Source: Malacoraja senta
Lineage: Eukaryota
Reading direction: 5' to 3'
Assembly (NCBI GenBank): GCA_038087875.1
Contig: CM075978.1
Coordinates: forward strand, 180,172,001-180,236,000
DNA length: 64,000 nt
Shown here one piece after another: positions 49,061 to 62,802 of this stretch. The position numbers and the translations under genes are program-made. The notes under the pieces are model-generated. The model was not told the origin of the DNA, searched no databases, and saw only the letters and a list, made by a program, of their open reading frames with translations. How positions within the stretch are numbered: the stretch's first letter is position 1; the number at the start of each line of letters is the position of its first letter.

Positions 49061-51155
49061 GCTCCGTGACATCAACCGCCTCAACTTCTCCACTCCCCTG
49101 TCTCACTCCAATCTCTCCCCCCCTGAACGCACTGCCATCGACTCACTCCGCAACAACCTAGATTGGGTTATCAAACCTGCTGACAAGGGAGGTGACGTGG
49201 TAGTCTGGCGCGTCGATCTCTACAAAGCTGAGGCCACGCGCCAACTCTCGGACACCTCCTCCTACTTACCCCTGGACAATGACCCCACTGACGAGCACCA
49301 GGCCACCATCTCCAGCACCATCGCCGACTTCATCCACTCCACGCCCTGCCCGACCGAGCCTTCAACCTCATCGTTCCCCAGCCCCGCACAGCCCGCTTTT
49401 ACCTTCTCCCCAAAATCCACAAACCTGACTGTCCTGGTAGACCCATTGTCTCTGCCTGTTCGTGCCCCACCGAACTCATCTCCACCTACCTCGACTCCAT
49501 CCTATCCCCCCTTGGTTAAATCCCTCCCTACCTATGTTCAAGACACCTCAGACACTCTCCGTCATCTCCGCGCATTCCACTCTCTAGGCCCTCACCCCCT
49601 CATCTTCACCATGGACGTTCAGTCATTGTACACCTCCATCCCCCACCAGGATGGTCTCAAAGCCCTCCGTTTTTTCCTCGACCGTAGAAGCAATCTATAC
49701 CCGGCCACTGACACCCTCCTCCGCTAGCGGAGCTGGTCCTTACACTTAATAACTTTTCATTTGACTCCTCCCATTTCCTCCAAATACAAGGCGTAGCTAT
49801 GGGCACACGCATGGGCCCCAGCTACGCCTGCCTCTTTGTCGGGTACGTAGAACAATCCTTGTTCAATGCGTACCAGGGCCCCATCCCCGACCTCTACCTC
49901 CGCTACATCGATGATTGTTTTGGTGCCACATCCTGCACCCACACACAACTGACTGACTTCATACGCTTCACCACCAACTTCCATCCGGCACTCAAATACA
50001 CCTGGACCATTTCCGACACTTTCCTACCATTCCTTGACCTCACTATCTCCATCGCAGGTGATAGACTCCTTACCGACATCCACTACAAACCTACCGACTC
50101 CCATGGCTATTTGGACTACACTTCTTCCCACCCTGCTTCCTGTAAGGACTCCATCCCCCACTCCCAATTCCTCCGTCTACGCCGCATCTGCTCCCAGGAT
50201 GAGGCGTTCCACACCAGGGCATCTGAAATGTCCTCATTCTTCAGGGAACGGGGGTTCCCCTCCTCCACCATAGATGAGGCTCGCACCAGGGTCTCTGCCA
50301 TACCCCGCAACACTGCTCTCTCTCCCCATCCCCCCCACTCACAACAAGGGCAGAGTCCCCCTAGTCCTCACCTTTCACCCCACCAGCCGTCACATACAAC
50401 AAGTGATCCTCCGTCAGTTTCGCCACCTCCAACGTGACCCACCACTCGCCACATCTTCCCATCTCCCCCCATGTCTGCCTTCCGCAAAGACCGCTCCCTC
50501 CGTAATTCCCTTGTCTATTCTTCCCTTCCTCCCATACCACCCCCTCCCCTGGTACTTTCCTTGCAACCGCAAGAGATGCAACACTTGTCCCTTCACCTCC
50601 CCCCTCCACTCCATTCAAGGACCCAAGCAGTCGTTCCAGGTGCGACAGAGGTTCACCTGCATCTCCTCCAACCTCATCTATTGCATTCGCTGCTCTAGAT
50701 GCCAGCTGATCTACATCGTTTGGCGATCGTTTCGCCGAACACCTCCGGTCGGTCCGCAATAACAACCTGAACTCCCGGTGGCTCAGCACTTCAACTCTCC
50801 TCCCATTCCGTATCTGACCTCTCTGTCCTGGGTCTCCTCCATGGCCACAGCGAGCAACACCGTAAATTGGAGGAAATGCACCTCATATTCCGCTTGGGCA
50901 GTCTACATCCTGGGGGTTTGAACATTGAATTCTCCCCAATTCTGCTAGCCCTTGCTGTCCCCCCCCTTCATCAGCCACCTGGTTGTCTCCTCCCCTCCCC
51001 CAGCCCTCGGGCTCCTCCTCCGCCTTTTTCCTTTTTTCCTTTCTTCTCCCCACCCCCTATCAGTCTGAAGAAGGGTTTCGGCCCGAAACGTTACCTATTT
51101 CCTTCGCTCCATAGATGCTGCTGCACCCGCTGAGTTTCTCCAGCATTTTTGTGTA
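49061..51155 (+). mobile_element. Penelope-like retroelement, 5'-truncated and frameshifted (RT + GIY-YIG + terminal repeat), 12-bp TSD
   Basis: IKPADKGG, MDVQSLYTSIP, MGTRMGPSYA, LRYIDD and FTCISSNLIYCIRCSRC motifs. CCTAAGAATAAG at 49049-49060 and 51156-51167. Confidence 0.9.
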
Positions 51156-53654
51156 CCTAAGAATAAGATTGCTTGACTCAATGTGCATGCGGTGCTGCTG
51201 GATATAAACTTTAATTTGCACCTGTACCGTACAGACCTCTGCATATGTCAATAAATTCTACTTGACTCTATACATCACAAATGTCGTAATACCCTACATT
51301 TTGCAAACGAATAGGGAAATTAATAGTTCGCCTATAACCTTTCATGAGACATGGGAAATAGAAACAGAGACAAAACGATGTAAAAATAGGAAATGAGAAC
51401 GGTTGGATAGATGAAAAGGTCAGAATGCAACTTTGGCGGGAAAACGTTTAATATTTCAGACAAGGGATCCCTGATCAGAACTGTGAAATAGAGAAAGGTG
51501 TTAGCCTATTGAATACCAAGATTTTGAAGAAGATGATGGGTGGAATAAAAGATAATTCGCTAATAAAATCCTGGTTAGATTTGATGAACATACCATGGCC
51601 GTGTAATTTGTTGTTAATTTGATTCTACCTCTGGGACAGAAATGGAATGAAGAAACTGTAGCAGACACAATCGACATCAATTCTTAAGTGACATAAAGGT
51701 AAAGCAAATTATCTAAAGTTGAAAATGTTACATTGATTCCCGAAGGCAAATCGTCCAATCGACGTCTGGTTTCTTCAATCTAAAGGAGGTTATGTTGCGA
51801 AAAACTGAATACGATACGCTAGATCGGAATAAATACAAGGGAATCGCAGCTTCGTCGGGGAAGATTATTTCGGTCCCAGAATGTGAGATGGAATGACCTT
51901 ACATTTCGAGTATTTCAAGGGGGCGTGAGCAAAATATGTGGGGAAGGAAGAGCAGGCCCGAACGTCTTAAACTGAGTGACCCATTCGAAATTTTGAAAAG
52001 TGTACAGAGGAAGGTATTAAGGTGCTGGAGAATTATCGTGGTCGCCGGCAATTGGGAAGAATGGCCCATTGAAACAGCCCAGGGTGGAATTAAAACCATC
52101 GGATCTCTTATCACTTTGTTCAGGAGGTGAAGCGCCGAGAGCAGAGGTGCGGGAAAAATATGGTTAACTTGCCTAACCTATCGTAGCGATGTGCGTATGC
52201 TATGTATACATCTCCTTGGCCATCACGTTTACCATCACATGGGTGCTGGCTGCCTGTACGACCTCTGGTCCAGCAAGATACTAACCTTACATATGTCATC
52301 CATGCTTTCAAATGCCTGCTTTGCTTCACTCATCCCTATCCTTGTATCATTATTCGTGCTCACAACTCTAGCTGCTTCTCAATATGGTATTTGGACAATC
52401 TAAAATGTCTGCAATTCGATGCTGCTGATCTTATTGATCCTTAACTGTCCAATTTCTTCTCCCGAACCAATCTGTCTCTTTCATCATGCAGGATGTGCTT
52501 TAAAAGCTAAATTTTCTTTTCGACCACTTACCAGAACGAATTCTTCTTCTTGCGTATGGCGTGCACAGCCTAAATTTGTCGGTTAACTTGCTATATTTGA
52601 TCTAATTGTTTGTGCACGTCGGGTTGATTGCATTAGTCGAAACAGGGTGGACCACGTGAAGCTTGCAATCTCCCACCCCACCAGAACGACTGATTTTACC
52701 CCAGTGTCCAAATCACATATTTCTGCAAAACAACGTGGACTTTCTCCATTATTTGAAAAATAACTTATTAAAACGGAAATGGATGCGATATGCGTTCGAG
52801 AAAATTGCAGCAATATGTGTATATTCATGCACATTATCTAAATGTTCTTGTGGGGCATGGTGACTCTATAGAGGTTTGTGAAATCATGAGGTTCATAGAC
52901 ATGGAAGATAGTCAAAATTATTTTGTCAAAGGGTAGGGGAGTCTAAAACTAGAAGGTGTATGTTTAAAACAAAAATGGATATATTTGGTGAGTACACGGA
53001 GTAATCTGCCTGGATAAATTAGGGGCAGGTCTAATCACACAGTTTAAAAAGCATTTGGAAAGTTACGTGTATAGGAAATGAATAGAAGTATATGGGTAGG
53101 AAAATGGCATTCACCTTGATAGGCATATCGGTCGGCGGAGGCGAGTCGGGTCGAATGTTTTTGTCTTATGCTGCACGTCTCCGTTTTCCCTTTAAGCGAA
53201 TGTATCTGCAGCTCGAGCTAATAAGAAATTCACAAATAGCAGAGAATAGAATTGCGCTCGCGAACCTGCTGATGACGTGGTGGAAACACCTTGTAGTTTA
53301 AAGCAAAAAGTCGCCTTCTTACGTTACAGATCAGAACGGCGATTTCAGCAATTTATGTAATAGCTTGTTTCGGTGTGACAAATTTATGTAAAGTTGCTCC
53401 GCAAAATCTGTGTTTGAATTTCATGTCGTGTGTTTAGTTCAGTTTACTTCAGCAAATTATTGTCACGTCTACCGATATGCAATGAAAAACATTTGAGTGC
53501 GTGCTATCCTGTCAAAGAAAAGACTATACATTAATACAATCAAGCCGTCCACAATGCTCAGAGAATTGTAAAGGGTACAACATTTAGTGCAAGATAAAGG
53601 CCAATGAAAGGTGGTTCAAAGGTCTTATGCGAGATGGATGCGGTAGATGAGGAC

Positions 53655-54250
53655 CGCACTCCAGCTGATGCTTGATAAGAGCTGGGAGGAAATTGACCCT
53701 GATTCCGGGGTATGCTTTCGGAAACTTCTGTACGTCTTGCCTCGTGTGAGAGGGGAGAAGAGCGATGGCCAGTATGAGGCTGGTCCTTGATTATCCTGAC
53801 AGCCTTGCCGCGACAGATGGAGTGTAGATGGAGTCAATCGATGGGAAGTTAGTTTGTATGATGGTCTGAGCTACGTCCACAACTCTCTGCAATTTCTTGT
53901 GGTCTTGGATGGAGCTGTTTCCAAACCCGTCTATAATGCATCCTAAGAAAGCTGTTTACAATGCCTCTGTAGAAGTTGGTGAGGGTTATTGGTGTCATGC
54001 CGAAATTCCTAATCCTTCTCAGGACGTAGAGGCATTCATGTGCATTTCTGGCTATAGCTTCGATGTGGCTGGTCCAGGACAAATTGCTGGTGATATTTAT
54101 TCTAAGGAACTTGAACATTTCGACCATTTCTGCTTCGGCGCCATCAATGCGTAAGCGGGGTGTGCACTGTTTCTCTTGCTGGTCAATCACAATCTCCTTT
54201 GTCTTGCTGACATTGAGGGAATATTTGTTGTCTTGAAGGTTCTCAATCTC
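53655..54250 (-). mobile_element. Rex/Babar-like LINE fragment, duplicate of 27240
   Basis: ORF 53849-54295: YSLNVSKTKEIVID..LRINITSNLSW. Confidence 0.75.
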
Positions 54251-55543
54251 CTTTCTGTTCTCTGGACAGAAATAAAATGAGAAGAGTATATACATCAGAA
54301 TTATTTCGTGGAATGAATTTTTCAGTTATGATGTGAGACTGGGAAGGCTGCCTGTCCCACTTAAGGGCCTGTCCCATAGGCGACGTTTTAGGCGAGTGCA
54401 GGAGACTCTGCGCTCGCCACATGGTCGCCACATATTTGCTGATGGTCTCTGGTGAGTCTTCTTCATGGTCGCGAGGAACTCCCGCATTCTGGGAACTGGT
54501 CTCAGTGTGGTCGTCGAAAAATTTTCAACATGTTGAGAAATTTTCTGCAAACAAAAATTGGTCGCCATGGAGAAAATCGATAATCCTGTAGTCGTAGGTG
54601 CAGTTGTAGTGGGGTCGCCATGTTGTTATAGGTAGTCGAGATAGTCATAGAAACATAGAAACATAGAAAATAGGTGCAGGGGTTGGCCATTCGGCCCTTC
54701 GAGCCAGCACCGCCATTCATTATGATCATGGCTGATCGTCCCCAATCAATATCCCGTGCCTGCCTTCGCGTCATATCCCCTGATTCTACTAGCCCCTAGA
54801 ACTCGATCTAACTGTCTCTTAAATCCATCCAGTGATTTGGTCTCCACTGCCCTCTGTTCCACAAATTCACAACTCTCTGGGTGAAAAAGTTTTTACTCAC
54901 CTCAGTCTTAAATGGCCTCCCCTTTATTCTAAGACCGTGGCCCCTGGTTCTGGGCTCGCCCAACATTGGTAACATTTTTCCGGCATCTAGCTTGTCCAGT
55001 CCTTTTATAATTTTATATGTTTCTATAAGATACCCCCCCCCCATCCTTCTAAACTCCAGTGAATAGAAGCCTAGTCTTTTCAATCGTTCCTCATATGACA
55101 GTCCCGCCATCCCAGGGATCAATCTCGTGAACCTACGCTGCACTACCTCAATCACAAGAATGTCCTTCCTCAAATTAGGTGACCTAAACTGTACACAATA
55201 CTCCAGATGTGGTCTTACCAGAGCCCCATACAACTGCAGAAGAACCTCTTTATTCCTATACTGAAATCCTCTTGTTATGAAGGCCAACATTCCATTAGCT
55301 TTCTGCACTGCCTGCTGTACCTGCACGCCAACTTTCAGTGACTGGTGCACAAGGACACCCAAGTCTCTCTGTACCGCCCCTTTACCTAACCTAACCCCAT
55401 TGAGATAATAATCTGCCCCCTTGTTTTTGCCGCCAAAGTGGATAACCTCACATTTATCTATGTAATACTGCATCTGCCACGCATCTGCCCACTCACTCAA
55501 CCTGTCCAGGTCACCCTGCAACTTCCTAAAATCCTCTTCACAG

Positions 55544-56050
55544 AAAAGGTTCACCAGACTGATTCCTGGGATGTCAGGACTTTCATATGAAGAAAGATTG
55601 GATAGACGACTGGTTAGACTCGGCTTGTACTCGCTAGAATTTAGAAGATTGAGGGGGAATCTTATAGAAACTTACAAAATTCTTACGGGGTTGGACAGGC
55701 TAGATGCAGGAAGATTGCTCCCGATGTGGGAGAAGTCCAGAACAAGGGGTCATAGTTTAAGGATAAAGGAGAAATCTTTTAGGACTGAGATGAAAAAAAA
55801 CATTTTTTACACAGAGAGAGGTGAATCTCTGGAATTCTCTGCCACAGAATGTAGTTGAGGGCAGTTCATTGGCTATATTTAAGAGGGAGTTAGATGTGGC
55901 CCTTGTGGCTAAAGGGGTCAGGGGGTATTGAGAGAAAGCAGGTACAGGATACTGAGTTGGATGATCAACCATGATCATATTGAATGGCGGTGCAGGCTCG
56001 AAGGGCCGAATGGCCTACTGCACCTATTTTCTATGTCTATCTTTCTATGT
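55544..56050 (+). mobile_element. CR1 3' fragment inserted into the outer CR1, TSD TTCACAG
   Basis: TTCACAG at 55537-55543 and 56051-56057. Copy A is uninterrupted at about 29198. Confidence 0.85.
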
Positions 56051-58082
56051 TTCACAGTTCACACTGCCACCCAGCTTTGTGTCATCTGCAAAGTTGCTAG
56101 TGTTGCTCCTAATTCCCTCTTCCAAATCATTAATATATATGGTAAACAGTCGCGGCCCCAACACAGAGCCTTGTGGCACTCCACTCGCCACTGCCTGCCA
56201 TTCTGATAAGGACCCGTTCACTCCAACTCTTTGATTCCTGTCTGCCAGCCAATTTTAGTCATCAGTCTCCCGTGCGGGACCTTCTCAAAGGCGTTCTGAA
56301 AGTCTACATACACTACATCCACTGGCTCCCCTTCATCCATTTTACTTGTCACATCCTCAAAAAATTCCAGATTAGTCAAGCATGATTTTCCTTTCATAAA
56401 TCCATGCTGACTTGGACTAATCGTTTTACTGCTATCCAAATGCCCCGTTATTACCTCTTTAATAATTGACTCCAGCATCTTTCCCACCACCGAAGTCAGG
56501 CTAACTGGTCTGTAATTCCCAGTTTTCTCTCTCGCTCCATTCTTGAAAAGTGGGATAACATTAGCTACCCTCCAATTCACAGGAACTGATCCTGAATCTA
56601 TTGAATATTGCAAAATGATCACCAATGTATCCACTATTTCTAGATCCACCTCCCTGAGGACCCTGGGATGCAGACCATCAGGCCCAGGGGATTTATCATC
56701 CTTCAGTCCCATTAGCCTACCCAATACTATTTCTCGCCTAATGAAAATGTATTTCAGTTCCTCTACGCCCTTAGATCCTCTGTCCTCCAGAACTTCTGGG
56801 AGATTGTTTGTGTCTTCCTCAGTGAAGACAGATACAAAGTACCTGTTCAACTCTTCTGCCATTTCCTTGTTTCCCATAATAATTTCACCCGTGTTTGCCT
56901 TCAAGGGACCCACATTTGCTTTTGCTATTCTTTTTCCCTTAGCATATCTAAAGAAGCTTTTACTGTCCTTCTTTATATTCCTGGCCAGCTTCCCCTCGTA
57001 CTTCAACTTTTCAGCCACTATTGCCCGTTTTGTTTCCTTCTGTTGTCCTATGAAAGTTTCCCAATCCTCTGGCTTCCAGGTACTCTTTGCTGTGTTATAC
57101 ATATTTTCTTTTAGTTTTATTCTATCCCTAACTTCTCTTGTCAGCCACGGTTGCCTCCTACTCCCCTTAGAATCTTTCTTCCTTTTTGGAGTGAAATTAT
57201 CCTGTGTCTTCCGGATTTTGCCCAGAAATTCCTGCCATTGCTGTTCCACCGTCATTCCTGCTAGGATCCCTTTCCAGTCTACCTTGGCCAGCTCCTCCCT
57301 CATGCCTTCATAGTCCCCTTTGTTCAACTGCATCACTGACACTTCCGATTTAACCTTCTCCTTCTCAAATTGCAGATTAAAACTAATCATATTATGATCA
57401 CTACCTCCAAGCGGTTCTTTTACCTCTAGTTCTCTTATCAAATCTTGTTCATTGGACAATACCAAATCCAGAATTGCCTTTCCTCTGGTCGGTTCCATTA
57501 CAAGCTGCTCTAAGAATCCATCTCGGAGGCACTCCACAAACTCTCTTTCTTGGGGTCCTGATCCAATCTGATTTTCCCAGTCTACCTGCATATTGAAATC
57601 CCCCATCACCACAGTGGCATTACCTTTGTTACATGCCAGTTTTAACTCCTTCTGCAACTTACACCCTACATCCGGGCAACTATTTGGGGGTCTGTAGATA
57701 ACATCGATTAGTGTCTTCTTGCCTTACCTCGTCAGTGCCTATGTCTTCCCTCGCAAGGGTCTGAATTCCATCCCTCACCAGCAGAGCTACCCCCCTCCTC
57801 TGCCCACCTGCATGTCATTTCTATAGGATGTATAACCCTGAATATTAAGTTCCCAGGCCCGATCCTCCTGCAGCCACGTCTCAGTAATCCCCACAATGTC
57901 AAATCTACCAACCTCTAACTGAGCCTCAAGTTCACCTACTTTACTGCTTATACTTCACACATTCATATACAATATTTTTAATTCCTTCCGCATCTCACCT
58001 TTCACATCGATCCCTATTACACTTGGCCATACTCTCCTATCCCTTTGTGAGCTTTCTTTCCCGTTAATTCTGGGGTAATTAA

Positions 58083-58843
58083 TACAATAATACAATTTTA
58101 TTTGTCTTTTGGACAAATTTGTCATTTGGACCCCGTTGAGGTCCAAACGAAATGTCGTTTCTGCAGCCATACATTACAAAACGAAGAAGACCCGAGACAC
58201 AACACAATTTACACATACATCCATCACAGCGCTGTGATGGAAGGCAAAAAAACGTATCTCTCCACTGCACCCCCCCCCCCCCCCCATGTCAGAGTCAAAG
58301 TCAAAGCCCCCGGCGGGCGATGGTGATTGTCCCGCGGCCATTAAAGCCACGCCGGTTAATGCAAGGTCGCGCACCGGGTCTTGGTGTTAGAGCCCCGGCG
58401 CGCGCTCCCAAAGTCCGGCGCCATTCCAAGCCGCGCGGGGCGACGATGTAAAGCCCCGCTCTAGGTGCTCTTCAACCCCGCAACTCGGGCGGGAGAAGTC
58501 GCCGCTGCGGAAGCCCCGAAAAGCGGTCTCCCACCAGGGGACCCGCGGGCTTCCGGTATTGCCGTCCGCCATACCCGCGGTTGTAGCCTCCGAATCTCCG
58601 GGGGTCGGATAGCAGCAGCGATTGTCTCCACCACAGCTCCACCCGCTCCAGACTCGGCCAGCCCCGCGACGGTGAGTAGTCCGCAGCTCCGCAACTGGAG
58701 CCCCAGGTCGTTCCTGCTGGAGGCCGCTCCACGTTGCCCAGCCCCAACGACAACGGAGACCCGACAAAGAAAAGGTCGGGTCTCCCGTGCAGGGGAAATA
58801 TTTTAAAGTCCCCCCCCCCCACCCCCACCACCCCCCCCCACAC
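58083..58843. mobile_element. Non-coding GC-rich retroposon-like insertion with a (TACAA)-type end, TSD AATTAA
   Basis: AATTAA at 58077-58082 and 58844-58849. Copy A is uninterrupted at about 31283. Confidence 0.65.
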
Positions 58844-59159
58844 AATTAACTATCCCTTTACTCCCTTTCCCTTTAACTCCGTCCTTGACTATCCCATATG
58901 ACAACCCCCCCCCCCTTATTTAGTTTAAAACCACCTGTATAGCAGTGGCAAACCTGCCTGCCAGAATACCGGTCCCCCACCTGTTAAGGTGCAATCCATC
59001 CCTTTTGTACAGTTCCCCCTTACTCCAAAACAGATACCAGTGGTCCAAGAATCTAAATCCCTGCCCCCTGCACCAGTTCCTCAGCCACAAATTCAGGTCC
59101 TGTATCTCCCTGTTCCTGCTCTCGCCAGGACGGGGAACTGGAAGCAAACCGGAGATAAC

Positions 59160-62100
59160 TGGCAGATGCAGTATAATGTGGATAAATGTGAGGTTATCCA
59201 TTTTGGTGGCAAAAACAGGAAAGCAGACTATTTTCTAAATGGTGGCCGACTAGGAAAAGGGGAGGCAGCGAGACCTGGGTGTCATGGTACACCAGTCATT
59301 GAAAGTAGGCATGCAGGTGCAGCAGGCAGTGAAGAAAGCGAATGGTATGTTAGCTTTCATAGCAAAAGGATTTGAGTATAGGAGCAGGGAGGTTCTACTG
59401 CAGTTGTACAGGGTCTTGGTGAGACCACACCTGGAGTATTGCGTACAGTTTTGGTCTCCAAATCTGAGGAAGGACATTATTGCCATAGAGGGAGTGCAGA
59501 GAAGGTTCACCAGACTGATTCCTGGGATGTCAGGACTGTCTTATGAAGAAAGACTGGATAGACTTGGTTTATACTCTCTAGAATTTAGGAGATTGAGAGG
59601 GGATCTTATAGAAACTTACAAAATTCTTAAGGGGTTGGACAGGCTAGATACATAGATACATAGAAAATAGGTGCAGGAGTAGGCCATTCGGCCCTTCGAG
59701 CCTGCACCGCCATTCAATACGATCATGGCTGATCATCCAACTCAGTATCCCGTACCTGCCTTCTCTCCATACCCCCTGGTCCCTTTAGCCACAAGGGCCA
59801 CATCTAATTCCCTCTTAAATATAGCCAATGAACTGGCCTCAACTATCCTCTGTGGCAGAGAGCTCCAGAGATTCACCACTCTCTGTGTGATAAAGTTTTT
59901 CCTCATCTCGGTCTTAAAGGATTTCCCCCTTATCCTTAAGCTGTGACCCCTTGTCCTGGACTTCCCCAACATCGGGAACAATCTTCCTGCATCTAGCCTG
60001 TCCAACCCCATAAGAATTTTGTACGTTTCTATAAGATCCCCTCTCAATCTCCTAAATTCTAGCGAGTATAAGCCAAGTCTATCCAGTCTTTCTTCATATG
60101 AAAGTCCTGACATCCCAGGAATCAGTCTGGTGAACCTTCTCTGCACTCCCTCTATGGCTATAATGTCCTTCCTCAGATTTGGAGACCAAAACTGTACGCA
60201 ATACTCCAGGTGTGGTCTCACCAAGACCCTGTACAACTGCAGTAGAACCTCCCTGCTCCTATACTCAAATCCTCTTGCTATGAAGGCCAACATACCATTC
60301 GCTTTCTTCACTGCCTGCTGCACCTGCATGCCTACTTTCAATGACTGGTGTACCATGACACCCAGGTCTCGCTGCATCTCCCCATTTCCTAATCGGCCAC
60401 CATTTAGATAATAGTCTGCCTTCCCGTTTTTGCTACCAAAGTGGATAACCTCACATTTATCCACATTATACTGCATCTGCCAAACATTTGCCCACTCACC
60501 CAGCCTATCCAAGTCACCTTGCAGTCTCCTAGCATCCTCCTCACAGCTAACACTGCCCCCCAGCTTAGTGTCATCCGCAAACTTGGAGATGTTGCTTTCA
60601 ATTCCCTCGTCCAGATCATTAATATAAATTGTAAATAGCTGGGGTCCCAGCACTGAGCCTTGCGGTACCCCACTAGTCACTGCCTGCCATTGTGAAAAGG
60701 ACCCGTTTACTCCTACTCTTTGCTTCCTGTTTGCCAGCCAGTTCTCTATCCACATCAATACTGAACCCCCAATACCGTGTGATTTAAGTTTGTATCCTAA
60801 TCTCTTATGTGGTACCTTGTCGAAAGCCTTCTGAAAGTCCAGATACAACACATCCACTGGTTCTCCCCTATCCACTCTACTAGTTACATCCTCGAAAAAG
60901 TCTATAAGATTCGTCAGACACGATTTACCTTTCGTAAATCCATGCTGACTTTGTCCAATGATTTCACCACTTTCCAAATGTGCTGCTATCCCATCTTTAA
61001 TAACTGACTCTAGCAGTTTCCCCACTACCGATGTTAGACTAACTGGTCTGTAATTCCCCGTTTTCTCTCTCCCTCCCTTCTTAAAAAGTGGGGTTACGTT
61101 TGCTACCCTCCAATCCTCAGGAACTACTCCAGAATCTAAAGAGTTTTGAAAAATTATCACTAATGCATCCACTATTTCTGGAGCTACTTCCTTAAGTACT
61201 CTGGGATGCAGCCTATCTGGCCCTGGTGATTTATCGGCCTTTAATCCATTCAATTTACCCAACACCACTTCCCGACTAACCTGGATTTCACTCAGTTCCT
61301 CCATCTCCTTTGACCCGCGGCCCCCTGCTATTTCCGGCAGATTATTTATGTCTTCCTTAGTGAAGACGGAACCAAAGTAGTTATTCAATTGGTCTGCCAT
61401 ATCCTTGTTCCCCATGATCAATTCACCTGTTTCTGACTGCAAGGGACCTACATTTGATTTAACTAATCTCTTTCTCTTCACATATCTATAAAAACTTTTG
61501 CAGTCAGTTTTTATGTTCCCTGCCAGTTTCCTTTCATAATCTATTTTCCCTTTCCTAATTAAGCCATTTGTCCTCCTCTGCTGGTCTCTGAATTTCTCCC
61601 AGTCCTCTGGTATGCTGCTTTTTCTGGCTAATTTGCACGCATCATCTTTTGCTTTGATACTATCCCTGATTTCCCTTGTTATCCACGGATGCACTACCTT
61701 CCTTGATTTATTCTTTTGCCAAACTGGGATGAACAATTTTTGTAGTTCATCCATGCAGTCTTTAAATGCCTTCCATTGCATATCCACCGTCAACCCTTTT
61801 AGAACTAATTGCCAGTCAATCTTGGCCAATTCACGTCTCATACCCTCAAAGTTACCTTTCTTTAAGTTCAGAACCGTTGTTTCTGAATTAACAATGTCAC
61901 TCTCCATCCTAATGAAGAACTCAACCATATTATGATCACTCTTGCCCAAGGGGGCACGCACAACAAGTCTGCTAACTAACCCTTCCTCATTACTCAATAC
62001 CCAGTCTAGAATAGCCTGCTCTCTCGTTGGTTCCTCTACATGTTGGTTTAGATAACTATCCCTCATACATTCCAAGAAATCCTCTTCCTCAGCACCCCTG

Positions 62101-62802
62101 CCAATTTGATTCACCCAATCTATATGTAGATTGAAGTCACCCATTATAACTGTTTTGCCTTTGTTGCACGCATTTCTAATTTCCTGTTTGATGCCATCCC
62201 CAACTTCACTACTACTGCTAGGTGGCCTGTACACAACACCCACCAGCGTTTTCTGCCCCTTAGTGTTTCGCAGCTCTACCCATACCGATTCCACATCCTC
62301 CAAGCTAATGTCCTTCCTTTCCACTGCGTTAATCTCCTCTCTAACCAGCAACGCTACCCCACCTCCTTTTCTTTTCTCTCTATCCCTCCTGAATATTGAA
62401 TATCCCTGGATGTTCAGCTCCCAGCCCTGGATGTTCAGCTCCCAGCTAGATGCAGGAAGATTGCTCCCGATGTTGGGGAAGTCCAGGACAAGGGGTCACA
62501 GCTTAAGGATAAGGGGGAAATCCTTTAAAACCGAGATGAGAAGAACTTTTTTCACACAGAGAGTGGTGAATCTCTGGAACTCTCTGCCACAGAGGGTAGT
62601 CGAGGCCAGTTCATTGGCTATATTTAAGAGGGTTAGATGTGGCCCTTGTGGCTAAAGGGATCAGAGGGTATGGAGAGAAGGCAGGTACGGGATACTGAGT
62701 TGGATGATCAGCCATGATCATATTGAATGGCGGTGCAGGCTCGAAGGGCTGAATGGCCTACTCCTGCACCTAATTTCTATGTTTCTATGTTTCTATGTTT
62801 CT
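59160..62802 (+). mobile_element. CR1 3' fragment inserted in ORF1 of the outer CR1 (TSD ATAAC), itself split by another CR1
   Basis: ATAAC at 59155-59159 and 62803-62807. The (TTTCTATG)n tail is at 62774-62802. Confidence 0.85.
59650..62444 (-). mobile_element. Young 5'-truncated CR1 with an uninterrupted 869-codon ORF2 (59742-62351), TSD GCTAGAT
   Basis: APE C-terminal part and full RT in one frame. GCTAGAT at 59643-59649 and 62445-62451. Confidence 0.92.

Noticed and set aside
56543-62655. Long + strand ORFs opposite CR1 ORF2 (e.g. 56543-57313, 62131-62655)
   Set aside because: They are antisense shadows of the LINE coding sequence, not independent genes.
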